A DNA stretch of 64,000 bases from Alphaproteobacteria bacterium (GTDB lineage: Bacteria; Pseudomonadota; Alphaproteobacteria; GCA-2731375). Position numbers and translations under genes: made by a program. Below, one piece after another: positions 36,119 to 43,735 of the stretch. Below the pieces are notes generated by a model. The model worked only from the letters and a program-made list of their open reading frames with translations. It was not told the origin of the DNA and made no database searches. The stretch lies in assembly GCA_040223615.1 (NCBI GenBank), contig JAVKFY010000056.1, forward strand, positions 2,788 to 66,787, given 5' to 3'. Each line of letters starts with the position of its first letter. Within the stretch, counting starts at the first letter, position 1.

Positions 36119-36985
36119 TCAGCCGGCCTTGGCCAGCACGAAGTCGGCCTCGACGACGTTGAAAGGCTGTTCAATGTCGGGGTGCTGGGCGACGTCCTCG
36201 TTCGACGGCTTGCGCTGCCACGATATCGCCAGCGGCGCGCGCACGCCGAACACCGCGTCGCCGTCGATGTAGGGGTCGTCCTCGTTGAAAACCTGGGTGA
36301 TGTGGCGCTTGTAGCCGTCCGCCGTAATCATCATGTGGACATGCGCCGGACGCCAGCAGTGCCGACCCGCGGCGTGGATCAACTCGCCGCCGGCGGCGTC
36401 GTCGGGCACCTCGTAGGCGATCGGCGCGATGGTCGCAAAGCAGTAGCGGCCCTGATCGTCGCAGTGCAGCGTCGCGCGCAGATTGTGCTCCGGCGCCTCG
36501 GGATCCTGCACCTTGTAGAGGCCGTTGTTGGCGTTCTGCCAGACCTCGATCCGGGCGTTCGGCACCGGCTGGCCGGCGGTGTTCTTGATCTGGCCGCGCA
36601 CCAGGATGCGCTCGCCGTCATTGTCGCCGATCAGATTGGCGCCGTAGGGCACCTCCGGCGTGCCGGGCAGGTAGAACGGGCCGAGCACGGTGGTGATGGT
36701 CGCCGCCGGGTCCTTCGCCGCCTCCTGCAAATCGACCAGGGCTGAGACGCCCAACAGGTCGGAGAGCAGGATGAACTCGTTGCGCTCGTCGCTGCTGGCC
36801 TTCGCCGCGCGCAGCAGGAAGTTCATCGTCTCTTCCCACTCCTGCGGCGTCAGGTCGACCTCGCGCACATAGTCGTGCATGTGCTTAATCAGCGAGCCGA
36901 CCAGCTCGCGCACACGCTTGTTCTCGGTGCCGGAATACGCCTTCAGCACCACGTCGGTAATGTTGTCGTAAGTGATGTCACGCAT
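36119..36985 (-). CDS. intradiol ring-cleavage dioxygenase (hydroxyquinol/catechol 1,2-dioxygenase type)
   Basis: 288 aa. N-terminal dioxygenase helper domain is present, with 'GPFYLPG' and the Fe ligand region 'HCWRPAHVHMMI'. Confidence 0.9.
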   Translation of the reverse strand: MRDITYDNITDVVLKAYSGTENKRVRELVGSLIKHMHDYVREVDLTPQEWEETMNFLLRAAKASSDERNEFILLSDLLGVSALVDLQEAAKDPAATITTVLGPFYLPGTPEVPYGANLIGDNDGERILVRGQIKNTAGQPVPNARIEVWQNANNGLYKVQDPEAPEHNLRATLHCDDQGRYCFATIAPIAYEVPDDAAGGELIHAAGRHCWRPAHVHMMITADGYKRHITQVFNEDDPYIDGDAVFGVRAPLAISWQRKPSNEDVAQHPDIEQPFNVVEADFVLAKAG

Positions 36986-37021
36986 TGGCTTTCGTCCCTC
37001 GCTCAGGGTTGTTTGCGCGCA

Positions 37022-38233
37022 TCATAGCAGCAGGTCGGCGAGTGCGCAGGCTACTACCTCGGTCGCCGCGCGCAGGTCGGTGAGGCGGATGCGCTCGTCG
37101 GCACGATGTCCGTTCGCCTCCAGGGGGCTCTTCGGACCGGCACCGTACATCACCGTCGGGATACCGGCCTCGGTGTAGTGGCGCGCGTCCGCATAGATCG
37201 GCACCCCGGCCTCGCCCACCGGCTGGCCCAGCACCCGCGCGGCATGCTTCTTCAGCGGCTCTGACAGGCGTTCAGCACCGGGCAGCAGCGGCATCGGCCG
37301 AGCCAGCAACAGGCGCTCCACGCCGACCTGAACGGCGGCCGGCGCGGCCGTGGCGATCAGCTCGCGCAGCGTGGCCTCCGCCGCCTTCGGGTCTTCCTCC
37401 GGGATCAGGCGCCGGTCGAGCTTCAGGCTGACCCGGTCGGGCACGACGTTGGTGTTGGTGCCGCCGTCGATGCGGCCGACCACCAGCGTCGGACAGGCGA
37501 TGCCGGGCACCTTGGAGCGCTGCTTCGCCAGGTCGTGGTTGAGGTCGTAGAGCGCCTGCAGGATCGGCATGGCGCCGCGCAGGGCATCGACGCCGGTTTC
37601 GGGCCAGGCGGCGTGAGCGGACTTCCCGCGTACCGTCACCTCAAGCTGCAGGCAGCCGCCGTGCGCCACCACCACGTCGTAGGAAAAGCCGGGGCAGATG
37701 GCGAGGTCCGGCTCGCTGTGGCCGTGGCTGAGCAGCCAGGCCGGGCCGACCCGGCCGCCGGTCTCCTCGTCGTAGGTGACGTGCAACTCGACGGTGCCGT
37801 TCAACGCCGCGTCGGTCTCGATCAGCGCGCGCAAGGCGAACAGGTAGGTGGCGATGTCGGACTTGGAGACGGCGATGCCGCGGCCGTACATCCAGCCCTC
37901 GGCGTCGACCTCGGCGCCGTAGGGATCATGGGTCCAGCCGTCGCCCGGCGGCACCACGTCGCCGTGCGCGTTCAACGCCACGACCGGACCGGGGCCGAAG
38001 CGGTGGCGCACGATCAGGTTGGTGGCGCTGATCATGCCGACGGCGGCGCAGTCGGCGGCCGGCACCGGCAGACGCTCGACCGACAGGCCCATGCGCTCGA
38101 TCAGGTCGGCGGTCATCGCGCCGACGGCGGCGAGGTCGCCTGGCGGGTTGTCGGACGGTGCGCGCACCAGCGCGGCCAGGAACGCGACCTGCGCCTCGCA
38201 CTGCGTGTCGAGCCAGGCAGCAATATCGCTCAT
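37022..38233 (-). CDS. M20-family metallopeptidase/deacylase (ArgE/DapE/ACY1-like)
   Basis: 403 aa from MSDIAAW. 'ALNAHGDVVPPG', 'GRGIAVSKSD' and 'YDEETGG' metal-ligand motifs are present. ATGA overlap with the upstream gene. Confidence 0.88.
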   Translation of the reverse strand: MSDIAAWLDTQCEAQVAFLAALVRAPSDNPPGDLAAVGAMTADLIERMGLSVERLPVPAADCAAVGMISATNLIVRHRFGPGPVVALNAHGDVVPPGDGWTHDPYGAEVDAEGWMYGRGIAVSKSDIATYLFALRALIETDAALNGTVELHVTYDEETGGRVGPAWLLSHGHSEPDLAICPGFSYDVVVAHGGCLQLEVTVRGKSAHAAWPETGVDALRGAMPILQALYDLNHDLAKQRSKVPGIACPTLVVGRIDGGTNTNVVPDRVSLKLDRRLIPEEDPKAAEATLRELIATAAPAAVQVGVERLLLARPMPLLPGAERLSEPLKKHAARVLGQPVGEAGVPIYADARHYTEAGIPTVMYGAGPKSPLEANGHRADERIRLTDLRAATEVVACALADLLL

Positions 38234-39294
38234 GCCGCCGCCTGGGCGAAACGCGCGGGCCGGAACGGCGACAGCAACGGTTCCTCGCGGCCATGCACGA
38301 TCTCCTCGGCGGCGAACCGGCCGACCGCCGGGGCCAGCGTGATGCCGGAGTGCATCACTGCGAGGTAGAGGCCGCCGACACCGGGCGCCGGGCCGACGGC
38401 GGGGAAATGGTCCACCGGGATCGGCCGGTGGCCGACCGAGAAACGCTCGAATTCGAGGTCCTCGGCGCCACGCAGCGCCGCCTTCATGCGGGCGAAGACG
38501 GTGCGTGCTTCGGCTTCCGGGTCGGCGCCGGGGTCGGAGCCGCCGTAATCGGCACCTGAGACCAGCCGCCCGTCCAGGGTCTGGCGGATATGCAGGCCCG
38601 GCGCCAACACCAGGCCGTTGAGCAGCTTGCCATAGGGCCGGCTGTGTACCAGCAGGCCGGGCAGGGTCTCCACTGGCATCGCGACACCGGCCGTCGCCGC
38701 CAGGTCTCCTGTGGCGGCGCCGGCGGCCAACACGACGTGGTCGGCCTTCAGGCGTCCGTCGCCGGTCTCGACGCCAACAACGTCGCCGCCGGCGAGCACC
38801 AGCCCAGTCACGCTGGCCTGGCGCAGATCGGCCTCCGCCAGCAGCAGGCGGGCGGCCTGGTCCGGCTCCACCGCGCCTTCCTCGGCGACGTAGACCGCGT
38901 CGTCCGGCGGGGCGGCGAGGCTGGGTTCGATCCGGGCGGCCTCGTCGCGCCCGACGCGGCGTACCGGGTAGCCCCAGTCGCCATGGCCAGCGACATAGTT
39001 CCCCATGTCCGTAGCCGACATGTCCCAGCGAAGGCCGCCGGACCAGGCCAACGGCAGGCCCGGCACCTGCCCCGCCAACCTGCGCCATTCCGCCATCGAC
39101 CGGTGGCGCAGGCGGAAATAGGGCTCCGGATTGCCGAAGGTCGCGTTGATCCAGGCGAAGGAACACGGCGTCGCCACGCCGCCCGGTCCGCCCGCGTCGA
39201 CCACCGTCACCCGGGTGCCGGCGGCGGCGAGGTGCCAGGCAATCGACGCGCCGACGATACCGGCGCCGACCACCACGCAGGATGGCTGGCTCAT
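38230..39294 (-). CDS. FAD-dependent oxidoreductase (DAO family, D-amino-acid/glycine-oxidase-like)
   Basis: 354 aa. Carries the dinucleotide fold 'VVVGAGIVGASIAWHLAAAG'. 4-nt overlaps at both ends. Confidence 0.85.
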   Translation of the reverse strand: MSQPSCVVVGAGIVGASIAWHLAAAGTRVTVVDAGGPGGVATPCSFAWINATFGNPEPYFRLRHRSMAEWRRLAGQVPGLPLAWSGGLRWDMSATDMGNYVAGHGDWGYPVRRVGRDEAARIEPSLAAPPDDAVYVAEEGAVEPDQAARLLLAEADLRQASVTGLVLAGGDVVGVETGDGRLKADHVVLAAGAATGDLAATAGVAMPVETLPGLLVHSRPYGKLLNGLVLAPGLHIRQTLDGRLVSGADYGGSDPGADPEAEARTVFARMKAALRGAEDLEFERFSVGHRPIPVDHFPAVGPAPGVGGLYLAVMHSGITLAPAVGRFAAEEIVHGREEPLLSPFRPARFAQAAA

Positions 39295-40220
39295 TCGTTC
39301 TCGATCATCTGACGTACCCTGGCCGGATCGGCCTTCACGGTGATGCCGGCGCGCTCGTTCTGCAGGGTCATGGCGACGCGGCTGTCACGGCCTTCCCAGC
39401 CCCGGCCCAGCGCCTCGGTGAGCTCCGCCAGGGTCATGTTGATCATGCGCATCGGCACGCCAAGCTCGCGGCCGAGTTCGGCGGCCAGCGACACGTCCTT
39501 GTGCGCCAGCTTCAGGGCGAAAGCCGGCGGGTCGAACTGGTCGACCATGTACTGGTCGGCCATGAAGTCGAACGACCGCTGTCGACCGCGCGCCCCCTGG
39601 CGGATCGCCGACCACAGCGCCAGCGGGTCGAGCCCGCCCTTCACGCCCATCGCCATGACCTCGGCGAAGGCGGTCTGCATGGCGTAGCCGGCGGCGTTAT
39701 GCGCCAGCTTTGCGATCGAGCCGGCGCCGATGTCGCCGATGCGCCGCACCTGGTCGCCCATCGCGTCGAGCACGTGCTTGTACTTGTTGAAGACGGCCTC
39801 GTCGCCGCCGACCCAGATCGCGCACTTGCCCGACGCGGCGCCCTTCGGCCCGCCGCTGACCGGCGCGTCGAAGAAGTGGATGCCCTTCTCGGCCAGCAGG
39901 CCATGCAGGCGGCGCACCCGGCTGGGTGAATTGGTCGACAGGTCGAAGATCGCCGAGCCCGGCTTCAGGCCGGCGGCCAGCCCCGCCGCGTCGAGCACCA
40001 CGGCGTCGACCTCCGGCGGGCCGGGCAGCGAGGTCAGCACAACCTCGCATTCTTCACCCAGCGCCTTCGGGCTGGCGGCCCAGCCGGCGCCGGCCTGGAC
40101 GTGACGCTCGGCAAGCTGGCGGTGCAGGTCGTGCACTGTCAGGTCGAAGCCGGCCTTCTGCACGTTGGACGCAAAGCTCGCGCCCATCGTGCCGAGGCCG
40201 ATGAAGCCCACCTTGGTCAT
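39291..40220 (-). CDS. NAD(P)-dependent oxidoreductase, 3-hydroxyisobutyrate/6-phosphogluconate dehydrogenase-like
   Basis: 309 aa. 'VGFIGLGTMGASFA', 'FDAPVSGG' and 'GSIAKLAHN' are present. Confidence 0.88.
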   Translation of the reverse strand: MTKVGFIGLGTMGASFASNVQKAGFDLTVHDLHRQLAERHVQAGAGWAASPKALGEECEVVLTSLPGPPEVDAVVLDAAGLAAGLKPGSAIFDLSTNSPSRVRRLHGLLAEKGIHFFDAPVSGGPKGAASGKCAIWVGGDEAVFNKYKHVLDAMGDQVRRIGDIGAGSIAKLAHNAAGYAMQTAFAEVMAMGVKGGLDPLALWSAIRQGARGRQRSFDFMADQYMVDQFDPPAFALKLAHKDVSLAAELGRELGVPMRMINMTLAELTEALGRGWEGRDSRVAMTLQNERAGITVKADPARVRQMIENE

Positions 40221-40227
40221 GCGGCGG

Positions 40228-40566
40228 TCACTTCTCTTCGGCGTCGAGTTCGGCGAAGACTTCCTTGGCGATGGTCGCGCCGGTCATCGCCCGCGGCCAG
40301 CCGGCGTAGAAGGCCAGGTGGGTGATGACGCCGATGATCTCCTCGCGGGTCACGCCGTTGTACAGCGCGCGCTGCAGGTGGCCGCGCAACTGGCGCTCGT
40401 GGCCCAGGGCGACGAGCGTGGTCACGGTGATCAGGCTGCGGTCGCGCTTGGAGAGCTCCTCGCCTTCCCAGACCTCGCCGAAGACGACCCGCTCGGTGAA
40501 CTCGACCAGTTTCGGCGCGGTGCCCCTCAGGCCGTCGCGCGCGGCGGATGACGGTGCCTTGACCAT
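40228..40566 (-). CDS. carboxymuconolactone decarboxylase (CMD) family protein
   Basis: 112 aa from MVKAPSS (residue 35 of the track ORF), with a GAGGAA RBS upstream. 'LSKRDRSLITVTTLVALG' and 'ITHLAFYAGWP' are CMD-family features. Confidence 0.82.
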   Translation of the reverse strand: MVKAPSSAARDGLRGTAPKLVEFTERVVFGEVWEGEELSKRDRSLITVTTLVALGHERQLRGHLQRALYNGVTREEIIGVITHLAFYAGWPRAMTGATIAKEVFAELDAEEK

Positions 40567-40633
40567 ATCCCCATTTCCTCTTGCTGGATGGCGTGAGGGA
40601 CAGCCTAGGGTGGCGCCAGCGGCGGCGGCAAGC

Positions 40634-41317
40634 TCAGGCGCTGCGGCGCGCCTCGCCAGCTCTGGCACGGGCGGTCAGGACCAGACGCATCGCGTCGACG
40701 ACGGCGGCCTGGGTCGGGTCGATCACCGGCACGCCGAGGCGATGTTCCAGCGTGGCGCGGTAGGCGGCCATGCCGGCGCAGCCCATGACGATGGCGTCGG
40801 CACCGTCCTGATCGATCAGCGTGCGGCCGACCTGGGCCATGCGCTCCAGCACCACCGGGCCCTGCGCCAGCTCGGCGACGGTGAGCTCGATGGCGCGGTC
40901 GCCGGCCAGACGCGGGCTCAGGTGCAGCGAGGCGACGTAGCGCAGATGGCGCGGGATCGAGCGCTGGAGGATGGAAATGATGCCGAAGCTTGCGCCCAGC
41001 GCCATCGCGGCGTGCATGCCGCATTGCGCGATGCCTAGGACCGGCGACGACGTGGCCTCGCGCGCGGCGTAGAGGCCCGGGTCGGAAAAACAGGCGACGA
41101 CGTAGGCGTCGGCGGGATCAGCCGCCACCGCCTGCGCCACCAGCGGCGCCACTGCGTCGGCATCGGCCTGGCTCTCGATGCCGGGCGGGCCCGCGGCGAT
41201 GTCGATGCAGTCGATGACGGGGCCTTCAGCGAAGCGGAAGGACTCCAGCGCCTCGCTCATCGCGCGGGTCACGCCATGGTTGGAATTCGGATTGATCACC
41301 AGGATGCGTTCGGTCAT
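40634..41317 (-). CDS. Asp/Glu/hydantoin racemase family protein (hydantoin-racemase-like)
   Basis: 227 aa from MTERILVINPN. Both catalytic Cys contexts are present: 'VVACFSDPGL' and 'IVMGCAGMA'. Confidence 0.82.
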   Translation of the reverse strand: MTERILVINPNSNHGVTRAMSEALESFRFAEGPVIDCIDIAAGPPGIESQADADAVAPLVAQAVAADPADAYVVACFSDPGLYAAREATSSPVLGIAQCGMHAAMALGASFGIISILQRSIPRHLRYVASLHLSPRLAGDRAIELTVAELAQGPVVLERMAQVGRTLIDQDGADAIVMGCAGMAAYRATLEHRLGVPVIDPTQAAVVDAMRLVLTARARAGEARRSA

Positions 41318-41339
41318 CGCGCGGGACCTCCTCGGCACC

Positions 41340-41429
41340 GTAGCCCGGATGAAACGAAGTGCAATCCGGGACCAGCGGCAGTTGTATGTTCGGCCTGCCC
41401 CGGATTTCGCTGCGCTGCATCCGGGCTAC
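41340..41429. repeat. REP-like element family B: inverted pair
   Basis: 41340-41370 is 'gtagcccggatgaaacgaagtgcaatccggg'. 41398-41429 is 'ccccggatttcgctgcgctgcatccgggctac', its near reverse complement. Each unit has a cccgga/tccggg stem. The outer 10 bp, gtagcccgga/tccgggctac, can also pair. Confidence 0.8.
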
Positions 41430-41465
41430 GTTACTGTGATGCCACCGCCGCCAAGGAGCAAGCCG

Positions 41466-42326
41466 ATGTCCCGCTGGACCGCCCGCCGCCGCCGCTTTCG
41501 CGAAATCCTCGATACCCCCGCCTGTGTCTATCCGGCCTCGGTCTACGACCCGATCTCGGCCCGGATCGCCGAGAATCTGGGCTACGAGATGGGCATGTAT
41601 GCCGGCTCGCTGGCCTCGCTGGCGGTGTTGGCGGCGCCGGACCTGATCCTGCTGACGCTGACCGAATTCGCCGAGCAGGCGTTGCGCATCAACCGGGCCA
41701 GCGAGCTGCCGCTGTTCGCCGATGCCGACCACGGATACGGCAACGCGCTCAACGTCGAGCGCACGGTGATCGAGCTGGAGACCGCCGGCATGGCCGGGCT
41801 GGCGATCGAGGACACCGACCTGCCGCAGCCTTTCGGCACCGGCGGCAAGGCGCGGCTGCTGTCGATCGACGAGGGCGTCGGCAAGATGCGCGCGGCGATG
41901 GCCGGCAAGGCCGACCCGGACATGGTGGTGGCCGGCCGCACCAGCGCGGCGGGCATGACCTCGGTCGACGACTGCATCGCCCGCGCCCAGGCCTATGAGG
42001 ATGCCGGGGTCGACGCGCTGATGCTGGTCAACGTGCCGGACCGTACCGCGCTCGACGCCATCGCCGAGAAGGTCAAGGTGCCGTTGCTGCTGGGCGGCGG
42101 CGGCAAGGAGCTGCGCGATCGGGACTATCTGGCGGCCAAGGGCGTGCGCTTCCTGCTGCGCGGCCACCACACCTTCACCGCGTCGGTCCAGGCGATCCAC
42201 GACACCATGAAGGCGCTACGCGAGGGCATCGAGCCGGAGGACGTCACCGGCACGGCGTCCAAGGAGCTGATGGCCGAATTGATCCGCGATCCGGCCTACA
42301 AGACACGCGGCGACGACTGGCTTTAG
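41466..42326 (+). CDS. isocitrate lyase/PEP mutase superfamily enzyme (oxaloacetate decarboxylase / methylisocitrate-lyase-like)
   Basis: 286 aa from MSRWTA, with an AAGGAG RBS 7 nt upstream. 'ADADHGYGNALN' and 'AGLAIEDT' are superfamily motifs. Confidence 0.82.
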   Translation: MSRWTARRRRFREILDTPACVYPASVYDPISARIAENLGYEMGMYAGSLASLAVLAAPDLILLTLTEFAEQALRINRASELPLFADADHGYGNALNVERTVIELETAGMAGLAIEDTDLPQPFGTGGKARLLSIDEGVGKMRAAMAGKADPDMVVAGRTSAAGMTSVDDCIARAQAYEDAGVDALMLVNVPDRTALDAIAEKVKVPLLLGGGGKELRDRDYLAAKGVRFLLRGHHTFTASVQAIHDTMKALREGIEPEDVTGTASKELMAELIRDPAYKTRGDDWL

Positions 42327-43619
42327 CTAGGCCTTCGCCTTCGCGCGTGACTTGCCCTTGGCCTTGGTCGCGGGCTTCTTCGCCTTCGCGGCGGCGCCCT
42401 TGGCGACGTCGACGCCGGCATGCGGACCCATGATCTGGCCGCCGACGCCGGTCTTCTTCAGCGCTTCCGCGGCGAGCGGGTTGTCCATGATCTTGGCCAT
42501 CACCGCCTCGCGCGAACGCTCGAACGAGCCCTGGTGGTCGATCACGAATTGCCGCGATTCGCGGTAGGGATCGAGCATGCCGTTGACCTCGGGGATCACG
42601 TAGCGCGCCATCAGGTCCCAGCTCCGCAGCGTGTTCTCGCGGCTGGCCCAATCGTGCACGAAGCCGCAGACGAGGCCGAAGCCGCCGGTCAGTTTCTGGA
42701 GTTCGCGGATACGCTTGACCATGTCGTCGGGGGTGCCAATCACCGCCGTGGCGCCGTCACGGAACGCCATCGCCTCGACGCCTTGGTTCGGCGTCTTGAA
42801 CGCCGGAACGCCGGGCCGTTTCAAGGTGCCGACGGTGTACTCGTTGTGCCAGCGGAACAGGCCGTCCTTGGCCTGTTCGATGGCTTCCTCGCGCGTCTCG
42901 GCGAGATGCCACATCAGCACGATGCGCCAGTCGGCGCGGTCGACCTTCTGCTTGTGCTTCTTGGCCGACTGCTCGGCAAAGGTCCACTGCGTCGGCAGCG
43001 ACTGCAGGCCTTCGGTCGACACCGAACCGATCGACAGCACGCCGGTGCCGTACTTGCCCGCGAGCGTCATGCCCGACGGGCTGATCATCGAGGCGACGGC
43101 GAATGGCATGTCGTCCTGCAGCGGCAGCAGCTGCAGCTTGGCGTCGCGCAAGGTGAACCAATCGGAATCGTGGTCGAAGCGGTCCTCGCCGCGCATCAGG
43201 CGCCGGATCACGCCGATCGCCTCGTCCTGGCGGTCACGCTGGGTGATCGGATCGATACCGAGCGTGTGCGCGTCGGAGGGCAGCGCGCCGGGGCCGGAGC
43301 CGAAAATCGCGCGACCGCCGGTCATGTGGTCGAGCTGCACCATGCGCTGGGCGACGATGAACGGGTGGTGATAGGGCAGCGACACCACGCCGGTGCCGAG
43401 CCGGATACGCTTGGTGCGCTCGCCGGCGGCCGCCAGGAACATTTCCGGCGAGGCGATCACCTCCCAACCGGTGGAGTGGTGTTCGCCGCACCAGAACTCG
43501 TCGTAGCCGAGCCGGTCGAGATGCTCGACGAAGTCGAGGTCCGACCGCAGTTGCAGCATCGGGTGCTCGCCGATCGGGTGGTGCGGCGCCAGAAAGGCGC
43601 CGAACTTGACGCGGTTCAT
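42327..43619 (-). CDS. LLM-class flavin-dependent monooxygenase with about 75-aa C-terminal extension ending in a Lys/Ala-rich tail
   Basis: 430 aa. The LLM core 'GYDEFWCGEHHS...RLGTGVVSLPYHHPFIVAQRMVQLDHMTGGRAIFG' is paralogous to 34994..36079. The tail is 'AKGAAAKAKKPATKAKGKSRAKAKA'. Confidence 0.85.
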   Translation of the reverse strand: MNRVKFGAFLAPHHPIGEHPMLQLRSDLDFVEHLDRLGYDEFWCGEHHSTGWEVIASPEMFLAAAGERTKRIRLGTGVVSLPYHHPFIVAQRMVQLDHMTGGRAIFGSGPGALPSDAHTLGIDPITQRDRQDEAIGVIRRLMRGEDRFDHDSDWFTLRDAKLQLLPLQDDMPFAVASMISPSGMTLAGKYGTGVLSIGSVSTEGLQSLPTQWTFAEQSAKKHKQKVDRADWRIVLMWHLAETREEAIEQAKDGLFRWHNEYTVGTLKRPGVPAFKTPNQGVEAMAFRDGATAVIGTPDDMVKRIRELQKLTGGFGLVCGFVHDWASRENTLRSWDLMARYVIPEVNGMLDPYRESRQFVIDHQGSFERSREAVMAKIMDNPLAAEALKKTGVGGQIMGPHAGVDVAKGAAAKAKKPATKAKGKSRAKAKA

Positions 43620-43674
43620 ATCGCGGTCTCCGGAATAGGTGCGTGCGGTTGCACCTCTAATAACATGAAACAGG

Positions 43675-43691
43675 CCCGCGCGAGGCGCGGG
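43675..43691 (-). terminator. GC-rich stem-loop downstream of the epoxide hydrolase gene (candidate intrinsic terminator)
   Basis: Plus-strand 'cccgcgc gag gcgcggg' gives a 7-bp stem. On the minus strand it is followed by 'cctgtttcatgttatt'. The sequence was reconstructed from the overlapping track ORF translation. Confidence 0.35.
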
Positions 43692-43735
43692 TCAGCCGCG
43701 CAACGATTGCAGGTGCGCGGGTCAGCCGCGCAACG
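43685..43735. repeat. 21-nt perfect direct repeat with 30-nt period, duplicating the 3' end and stop codon of the epoxide hydrolase gene
   Basis: 'gcgcgggtcagccgcgcaacg' occurs at 43685-43705 and 43715-43735. The antisense track ORF reads RCAADPR twice, 10 codons apart. Confidence 0.8.

Noticed and set aside
38234-39166. N-terminal extension of track ORF 37022..39166 (714 aa)
   Set aside because: The extension is Arg/Pro/Gly-rich and lies out of frame across the DAO-family gene (38230..39294, same strand). The M20 domain starts at MSDIAAW with an ATGA overlap.
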